A stretch of 54,774 nt of DNA, taken from the NCBI GenBank assembly GCA_046545815.1, contig JBKGZA010000003.1:1-54774 (forward strand). The letters are read 5' to 3'. This stretch comes from Bacteroidales bacterium (GTDB lineage: Bacteria; Bacteroidota; Bacteroidia; Bacteroidales; UBA12077). The notes beneath the pieces were generated by a model. It was given only the letters and a program-made list of their open reading frames with translations, ran no database searches and had not been told where the DNA came from. The position numbers and the translations under genes are program-made. The number at the start of each line of letters is the position of its first letter. Within the stretch, counting starts at the first letter, position 1. Below are positions 48,591-54,774 of the stretch, piece after piece.

Positions 48591-49409
48591 ATGATGTACA
48601 ATATAGAAAATTTGAAATACCTGGATTCCGGCAATTTTTTTCTGCTGGCTGGTCCATGTGTCATTGAAGATGAAGAGACTCCCTTCAGAATAGCCAAAGA
48701 TATCACTGAGATTACGGACAGACTTCATATACCCTATGTTTTCAAAGCTTCCTACCGGAAGGCCAACCGGTCTAAACTGGACTCCTTCACCGGTATCGGC
48801 GATGAAGAAGCTTTAAAAATATTGGGAAAAATCAGGAAGCATTTCGGTATACCGGTTATAACAGATATTCATAAGCCGGATGAAGCGGAGAAGGCCGCAA
48901 AGTATACGGATATTCTGCAAATTCCCGCCTTTTTATGCCGCCAGACCGAATTGCTCGTAGCTGCTGCCGAAACGGGACTTACCATCAACATCAAAAAAGG
49001 TCAGTTCCTCTCCCCTAACGCCATGAAGTTTGCCGCCCAGAAAATAATTGATTCCGGCAACTCAAGGGTATTGCTCACGGAAAGAGGGACCACCTTTGGC
49101 TATTCCGATTTAATTGTTGACATGCGCAGCATCCCGATCATGCAGAAAACCAATCTGCCTGTAGTGCTGGATATAACGCACAGCCTGCAACAACCCAATC
49201 AGTCTTCCGGAGTAAGCGGAGGCCAGCCGGAAATGATTGAAATCATTGCCAGCGCAGGTATAGCTGCCGGAGTAGATGGAATTTTTCTTGAGACACATCC
49301 CGAACCCGGGGAGGCCAAATCTGACGGAGCCAATATGCTCAATCTGGAGAAGCTTGAAAAGCTGTTAAAAAAATTGCTGGCCATTCATCAGGCAGCAAAA
49401 GATTATTAA
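48591..49409 (+). CDS. kdsA: 3-deoxy-8-phosphooctulonate (KDO8P) synthase
   Basis: AGPCVIE, KANRS, QIPAFLCRQT, KKGQFL, ERGTTFGY motifs. Confidence 0.96.
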   Translation: MMYNIENLKYLDSGNFFLLAGPCVIEDEETPFRIAKDITEITDRLHIPYVFKASYRKANRSKLDSFTGIGDEEALKILGKIRKHFGIPVITDIHKPDEAEKAAKYTDILQIPAFLCRQTELLVAAAETGLTINIKKGQFLSPNAMKFAAQKIIDSGNSRVLLTERGTTFGYSDLIVDMRSIPIMQKTNLPVVLDITHSLQQPNQSSGVSGGQPEMIEIIASAGIAAGVDGIFLETHPEPGEAKSDGANMLNLEKLEKLLKKLLAIHQAAKDY

Positions 49410-49476
49410 AATTCAAAGTATATGGTCAACCTGTTTTTAATATAAAATCCGGGGTTTATATAGCGGATATTCATTA

Positions 49477-50667
49477 TTATTGCGAAACACTTTCAGCTTT
49501 CGGGAGCGTAAAATGGAAAGCACTCCCCTTTCCTTTCTCACTATCCACCCAAATGGTTCCGTGATTTTTTTCCACAAAATCCTTACACAAGACCATGCCC
49601 AAGCCGGTACCCTCTTCTGCTTCAGTTCCATTGGTGGTGAAGTGTGAAGTAAGGTCAAAAATCTTTGGTATGTCCGCTTCATCAAGCCCCACCCCATTAT
49701 CCACTACAGAAATCTTTATATAGTCCTTGTCCTTATCACTGGCAACTACTTTTATCTTGCCATTTCTGGGCGTAAACTTAACGGCATTGGTAATCAAATT
49801 CCGCATTACAGTATTAATCATATTTTGATCGGCATAAACATCGCCCACGCCGCTTGTTTCCGCTTTAATCCCAATATTTTTATCTTTTGCCTTATTCTGT
49901 AGCAGGTTGATGTTTTCTTCAATCACTTTTCCGGTATCCAGCCTTTGCGGAGATACTACAAGCCGATCGGCTTGAGATCGGGCCCACTGAAGAAGATTGT
50001 CCAGCAGATTGTAGGCACTGGTTGAGTATTTATGAATTTGGCCGATGAATTCCCTGATCTTTTTTCGGGGATAATTATCATAACGATAAACCAGCAATTC
50101 AGAAAGACCGATGATTGCATTGAAAGGATTCTTCAAATCATGGGCAATTATAGAAAAGAACTGATCTTTGGTGGCATTCATCTTCTCCAGCCAGGTCTTT
50201 TTTTCTTCTATCTCTTCCTTCTCGGCTCTTATCGCATTGCTTTTTTCAACCAGGTATTCCTCTATTTCATTGCTTTTTCGCAGCCGGCTGATCAACCGCT
50301 TTAAAATGCCCCTGGCGAAATATAAGTCCTCATCAAGTAGCTTCTCAAATAATTCTTCGCCGACACGCAGCAGGGTTGTCTCTTCAAGGGAAGTAACAGA
50401 AGCTGACCGAACCGGGGAATTGATCAGCGAATATTCTCCAAAAAAATCGTACTTTGTGAAGGTAGCAAATTTATATTCTCCATCGTGAACCTTAACACTT
50501 CCCTTTTTTATAATATAGAGGGCAGGAACGCTATCACCCTTGATAAACACAACCTCTCCCTTTTCAAAGGTTACCTCCTCCACAGAATGGACAACGTATT
50601 CAAGCAAATCCGAAGGTGTCTTCCTGAATAAATCAACAGATTTTAAAGTATCTTTTCTGTTCTCCAC
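49477..50667 (-). CDS. cyclic-nucleotide-binding sensor histidine kinase
   Basis: cNMP domain (FFGEYSL, RSASV), H-box AHDLKNPF, NLITNAVKFT, DNGVG, GTGLG; likely GTG start at 50667. Confidence 0.9.
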   Translation of the reverse strand: MENRKDTLKSVDLFRKTPSDLLEYVVHSVEEVTFEKGEVVFIKGDSVPALYIIKKGSVKVHDGEYKFATFTKYDFFGEYSLINSPVRSASVTSLEETTLLRVGEELFEKLLDEDLYFARGILKRLISRLRKSNEIEEYLVEKSNAIRAEKEEIEEKKTWLEKMNATKDQFFSIIAHDLKNPFNAIIGLSELLVYRYDNYPRKKIREFIGQIHKYSTSAYNLLDNLLQWARSQADRLVVSPQRLDTGKVIEENINLLQNKAKDKNIGIKAETSGVGDVYADQNMINTVMRNLITNAVKFTPRNGKIKVVASDKDKDYIKISVVDNGVGLDEADIPKIFDLTSHFTTNGTEAEEGTGLGMVLCKDFVEKNHGTIWVDSEKGKGSAFHFTLPKAESVSQ

Positions 50668-50701
50668 TTCGCGGCTATTTTTCAAATCATCCCCCGTTCT
50701 C

Positions 50702-50779
50702 CTAATTTGGACAAGCCAAAACGGAAACACATTAAATTCCTTGAAAGCATCCTGTTTGGTTTTGGCTTGTCCAAATTAG
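50702..50779. repeat. 78-bp MITE/REP-like element (copy 2)
   Basis: Perfect TIR CTAATTTGGACAAGCCAAAAC...GTTTTGGCTTGTCCAAATTAG. Confidence 0.9.
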
Positions 50780-50952
50780 GGCGAAAAATATTTCTGAAAT
50801 CACTCCAAACTGACTTCAAAATATACACCTACTGACAAATATACAAATAATCAATGAAAATACCAGCCATTCCATGTGATCGCAATATTGATTGTACCAT
50901 TTTCTTAATACGCTGCTACATGGCACTGTCGGCAAAACACGGGAAAATTTAT

Positions 50953-52281
50953 TTATTTGTGTGTAGTGGTGTAAGTATATAAAGGCTGGGGCTTACTATA
51001 TTCGAACAGATCATACTGGGGCCAGTTATCCACTTCATCGATGAATGATGACATCACTTCATCCATCTCATGAGTAAAGTCATGACCTTTATTGTTGCTT
51101 GTATTGATGAGCATCACCCATGAAAATCCATTGTTACAGCGTTTCACCAAAGCAGAGGTACCGGCAAGGGTTCCGGATCTTTTCCAGATGCCGTCATAGC
51201 TTGTGCTCAACCAACCAATCGGTTTATAACCCGGCCCTGTTTGAATCATCTGCCTAAGTGATTGTTCGGAAAGTATATCCTTTTTCTTCGGAAACCCGTC
51301 AATATGCCCTAAAAACTTCAGCAACTCCGCAGGCGAAGCTACCCATGCTCCTGCAGCCCCAAGTACCTGAAGGTTGATACCTCCATAAAAGCTTGGTACC
51401 TGTTTCCTGTAATGAAAAGAAGAAAATGTGGTGCTGTACGGCGAGTTTGAATAATATTTTACCTCGTTGGAGAAACATTTAAAGAGCCGGGCATGGCCCA
51501 TATGCATATCATAAATACCCAGTGGATTTAAAATTTTTGACTTTACATAAAATTCATAATTCATACCTGAAATTTTCTCTATCACCTTTCCCAGAAGGGC
51601 ATACCCGAAATTGGAATAAGAGCTGCGTGTTCCCGGTGTAAAATCAAGGCGGCGTTTGCTCAAAGCATATTGAATGGTTGACTCTTGATCAACAGGGAGT
51701 TCTACATTCATCTCTCTTCGGATGGTATAGGGCATGAAAACAGGATCTCCTCCATACCTGTCCCAACCTGCAGAATGCGTCAACAGATGGTAAACAGTGA
51801 TATCTTTCACACGTCTATCCCGAATATTCAAAAATTTGGGATCATTCAGAATTCCATCTTCTCCAAAAACCTGGTCATCAAGATTAAGCTTCCCCTCTTC
51901 TTTTAATCGCATCACCGCTGTAGCAGTAATCAACTTCGACACACTGGCAACCCTGAAAAGATGTTTGGGCTGTACAGCTTCTTTATTTTCCCGATCGGCA
52001 AATCCAAACCCTTTAGCGTAAATTAACCTTTCATCCTTTGAAATGGCTACTGAAGCCCCCACAATATTCCATCGCTCAAGAAAATCACGGATTTTTGCCT
52101 CATGATCCTTTATTTCAGGATAAGAAGAAAACTCATTCTTCAATTTCTGGGAAATGGCATTACCAGCAATATCTGAAACCGAATCCAGCGACATGGATCG
52201 ATCTGAGAGGGAAATGAATATTCCTCCGAAAAAAACCAGGATTAATGCAATCAGTTTTTTATTTACGGACATTGAACCCAT
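50953..52281 (-). CDS. serine hydrolase (beta-lactamase/AmpC-like family)
   Basis: FRVASVSK (SxxK), LLTHSAG, YSNFGY motifs; N-terminal hydrophobic segment. Confidence 0.9.
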   Translation of the reverse strand: MGSMSVNKKLIALILVFFGGIFISLSDRSMSLDSVSDIAGNAISQKLKNEFSSYPEIKDHEAKIRDFLERWNIVGASVAISKDERLIYAKGFGFADRENKEAVQPKHLFRVASVSKLITATAVMRLKEEGKLNLDDQVFGEDGILNDPKFLNIRDRRVKDITVYHLLTHSAGWDRYGGDPVFMPYTIRREMNVELPVDQESTIQYALSKRRLDFTPGTRSSYSNFGYALLGKVIEKISGMNYEFYVKSKILNPLGIYDMHMGHARLFKCFSNEVKYYSNSPYSTTFSSFHYRKQVPSFYGGINLQVLGAAGAWVASPAELLKFLGHIDGFPKKKDILSEQSLRQMIQTGPGYKPIGWLSTSYDGIWKRSGTLAGTSALVKRCNNGFSWVMLINTSNNKGHDFTHEMDEVMSSFIDEVDNWPQYDLFEYSKPQPLYTYTTTHK

Positions 52282-52556
52282 AAATCATTAAAGTTTAAAC
52301 ATTACTAACTCAAAGTAACACCAGAAATACAAACAGCAATCAAAGTAAAATGTTTACTGAAAAAAGAGGTGCAAATGTAATGTTTTAATTCATTTTGCAA
52401 TATTTCTCGTCAAGAAAATTGCAAAAAGTTTAACGGATTAAAAGGAAGGCTGTTATTTGAAAGAAATTTTTTAAATATTTTTAACAGAAATACAGGTCAA
52501 CACCAAGCATTTGATGCTGACCTGAATTTTTATTTTTAGTAAGTTTCCGGTTCGGG

Positions 52557-53225
52557 TTAGAAAAATATTCCGACTGTAAACACAAACTGATTGGGCCTGT
52601 TATCAATTGAATACGATTGGTCTCCAATTTTCACACTTTCTCCCAGTTTACTCAAACTTCCCTCATATTTGGCATCCAGCGTCAGGGTGTTAAGCAAGTC
52701 AAGACCAATTCCTGCCTGGTATCCCCATGTGGCTCCGTTGAATTCTTCCTTAAAATTGGTAGCAGCTTCAATGGCAGATTGATGATCAAGCATAATACTC
52801 CCGACGGGCCCGGCCTGCAGCCTTGCCGGCCCGATCTTGAAACCCACCATAATGGGAATGTCAATTCTCTTGAATTTCTGATTTTTGATCGTCGAGATGG
52901 TCGTATCAACCTCTGCTCCGTTAGAATAGATTTCGCTTACCTTCACCCTAGAACCTGTGGAGGTAAACATCAATTCAGGTTGAACATAAAGTCCTGCAAT
53001 GGACAACCTTCCAAAGAAACCACCCTGAAATCCCGCTTTGGAATCCATGGCTTCCATCTTAAAGGTTTCAAGATTTTCATTGTCACTAAAAGCAAGATCA
53101 GTTAATTCGGTATCCAGATTCGAGGAAGAAGATACAATACCGCCCTTCACGCCAAACTGCAATTGACCGAATGCAGAAGGTAAAGTGAAAAGCATCACAA
53201 GCAGAATAAGATAAACTTTTTTCAT
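52557..53225 (-). CDS. porin-family outer-membrane beta-barrel protein
   Basis: Signal peptide (AFG-Q), FGVKGG, VQPELMF, IDIP, C-terminal VGIFF. Confidence 0.85.
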   Translation of the reverse strand: MKKVYLILLVMLFTLPSAFGQLQFGVKGGIVSSSSNLDTELTDLAFSDNENLETFKMEAMDSKAGFQGGFFGRLSIAGLYVQPELMFTSTGSRVKVSEIYSNGAEVDTTISTIKNQKFKRIDIPIMVGFKIGPARLQAGPVGSIMLDHQSAIEAATNFKEEFNGATWGYQAGIGLDLLNTLTLDAKYEGSLSKLGESVKIGDQSYSIDNRPNQFVFTVGIFF

Positions 53226-53280
53226 AAAATTCATTTTTTGGATTGTTTTTTTTACAAACAACAACCACACCAAAATTGTT

Positions 53281-53781
53281 TTATATTCCTTCTGCTTCGC
53301 TTACGTATCCCTGGTTGATTTCATCTTCACTGGCATCTCTTACGGAAAGGACCTGGCCTTTGAAATAAAGATCGTCGCCAGCCAAAGGATGGTTAAAATC
53401 CATTTTTACTTTTTCTTCGCCAACTTCAAGAACAATACCATCAAGTCTGTTGCCTTCCTGATCCTGCATGGGAATATAATTCCCTTCTTTCAGGAGGTCA
53501 TAGTCTATTTCTCCTTCAATTTTAAATGTTTCTATTGGAAGCTCAACGATAGCATCTTCTGAAGCTTCACCATAGGCTTCTTCTGAAGGTATTTTGAAAT
53601 TAAAGTTATCGCCTTCATTCAACCCTTTAATGTTTTCCTCAAATTTTTCCAGCATGTTACCAACCCCGTAAAGAAAGGTCAGGGGCTTTTCTTTATCAAC
53701 TGTTTCTACCACTTCACCGTCAGAATCATTCACGTTTAACTGGTATGTTACAGAAACAACTTTTTGCTCTTCAATAGCCAT
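53281..53781 (-). CDS. slyD: FKBP-type peptidyl-prolyl isomerase
   Basis: PLTFLYG, EEAYG, DFNHPLAG motifs; no His-rich tail. Confidence 0.92.
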   Translation of the reverse strand: MAIEEQKVVSVTYQLNVNDSDGEVVETVDKEKPLTFLYGVGNMLEKFEENIKGLNEGDNFNFKIPSEEAYGEASEDAIVELPIETFKIEGEIDYDLLKEGNYIPMQDQEGNRLDGIVLEVGEEKVKMDFNHPLAGDDLYFKGQVLSVRDASEDEINQGYVSEAEGI

Positions 53782-53883
53782 AAAATCAAGTTTTTATTAA
53801 ATTATTTGGTTAAGATATTTATTTGCAAAGGAAATGGAATATTTATACAATATCAAAAATTACGGTAAATAAATTAAAAAAAA

Positions 53884-54226
53884 GATGCAGCAGGCTTATA
53901 AGCCAGGTTCTGTTATCCGGCATGGCCGGATTTCCATCATTTATCTGAGCGACCTACCCCCCGGCATCGGGCGAGCAACCCTCAATCGCCGGTATACATG
54001 GTCTTGCAACCCATGGGTCTGGACAGCTATTCCGGTCACCCGGAATACTGGTGAGCTCTTACCTCACCTTTTCACCTTTTCCTCCGCCGGAGGCGAAGGT
54101 AGTTATTTTCTGCTCCGGAACCATATCCTCGCGGATACCTTCCCTTTCGGAAGCATGGTGCTCTGTGTTGCCCGGACTTTCCTTCTCCCACAAAGCGCAG
54201 GAGACGATGGAAAAGCCTGCTACATC
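53884..54226 (-). ncRNA. rnpB: RNase P RNA (type A)
   Basis: GAAGGAAAGTCCGGGC near the 5' end, ACAGAACCTGGCTTAT near the 3' end, P1 helix GATGTAGCAGGCTT/AAGCCTGCTGCATC. Confidence 0.96.
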
Positions 54227-54260
54227 CTATTCCAATTTTTACAACGAGATGAAAAGGTTA

Positions 54261-54774
54261 TTATTTTCGAAGGAATACCAAAGTAGCCCCATAACCGTAT
54301 TCTTTAAAAGAAGCATCCTGATAGTCGAGATTCGGATAATGGCGATCCAGGTATTTCCTCAGTTCATATCGTAACCTTCCGTTCCCTACTCCGTGAATGA
54401 AAACGATTTTCTTGGTTTTGGGCGTTTTAAGCGCTCCTTCCAGGGCAGTTTGAAACTTGCCCATCTGTATCTCCAGCATCTCTTTGTTGGATAACCCCTT
54501 TGGCTTGTCCACAAGTTCTTCAATATGAAGATCTACTTCCTCCGTATCGGTTCTCTTCTCCCTGGCTTTTTGATCCCCAGTTTCCTGATCTTGTTTCTCT
54601 TTTTCCCTGATTACCTCATTGATCTGCTCCCCGGTCAACTCTGAAACCTTTTTGCTGAATTCTTCTTCCCTTTTAAGCCTCAGAAGCATTGCATTTTCAT
54701 CAAAAAAGTCATTTTCCTTAAAACTACCTGACTTAAAAAATTTCTGGGGTTGCAGGTTGAGTGTCATATCCAGC
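54261..54774 (-). CDS. Smr/MutS2-domain protein (DUF2027-type), 5' end beyond the window
   Basis: EVDLHIEEL, FIHGVGNGRLR, DASFKEYGYGAT motifs. Confidence 0.88.
   Translation of the reverse strand, partial: LDMTLNLQPQKFFKSGSFKENDFFDENAMLLRLKREEEFSKKVSELTGEQINEVIREKEKQDQETGDQKAREKRTDTEEVDLHIEELVDKPKGLSNKEMLEIQMGKFQTALEGALKTPKTKKIVFIHGVGNGRLRYELRKYLDRHYPNLDYQDASFKEYGYGATLVFLRK

Noticed and set aside
50668-50730. N-terminal extension of the histidine kinase given in the ORF track
   Set aside because: It begins inside the 78-bp repeat; GTG 50667 is the more plausible start
50953-52281. Acquired beta-lactam resistance gene
   Set aside because: Generic serine-hydrolase family member in a chromosomal context with no adjacent transposase or integrase; resistance cannot be inferred
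53885-54374. 133-aa and 107-aa plus-strand ORFs
   Set aside because: Antisense to rnpB and the Smr gene

Overview
A housekeeping-rich chromosomal segment from a member of the Bacteroidota, most likely Bacteroidales/Marinilabiliales. The assignment rests on TAnnTTTG -7 promoter boxes, A-rich non-Shine-Dalgarno starts and typical gene families; some exported proteins are visibly acidic. The window carries about 50 CDSs (cold-shock protein, DUF763, sugar kinase/nucleotidyltransferase pair, msrA, dipeptidase, pcm, FAD/Fe-S oxidoreductase, lon, hydrolase-degenerate RelA, nitrilase-family amidase, YyaL, PatB, FprA, hemN/hemG, adk, pyrD, an SDR/CPBP operon, rarA, kdsA, a cNMP histidine kinase, slyD, an Smr protein), plus tRNA-Lys(TTT) and RNase P RNA. 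I saw no CRISPR array, transposase or prophage. The most notable observations are: (1) an orphan-terminated, U/G-rich candidate sRNA whose repeats are antisense to AUG-AAA start regions of exported proteins; (2) a membrane-anchored ORF ending in an RGPP ribosome-arrest-like motif upstream of a decayed transporter locus and hemN-hemG; (3) a tandem two-domain adenylate kinase with a degenerate second domain; (4) several genes apparently collapsed by internal deletion; (5) two families of small palindromic repeats, one of them modular; (6) a five-copy palindromic operator array ahead of an XRE regulator; (7) signal-peptide-bearing repair enzymes (PIMT, MsrA). All family assignments come from motif recognition, not database searches.
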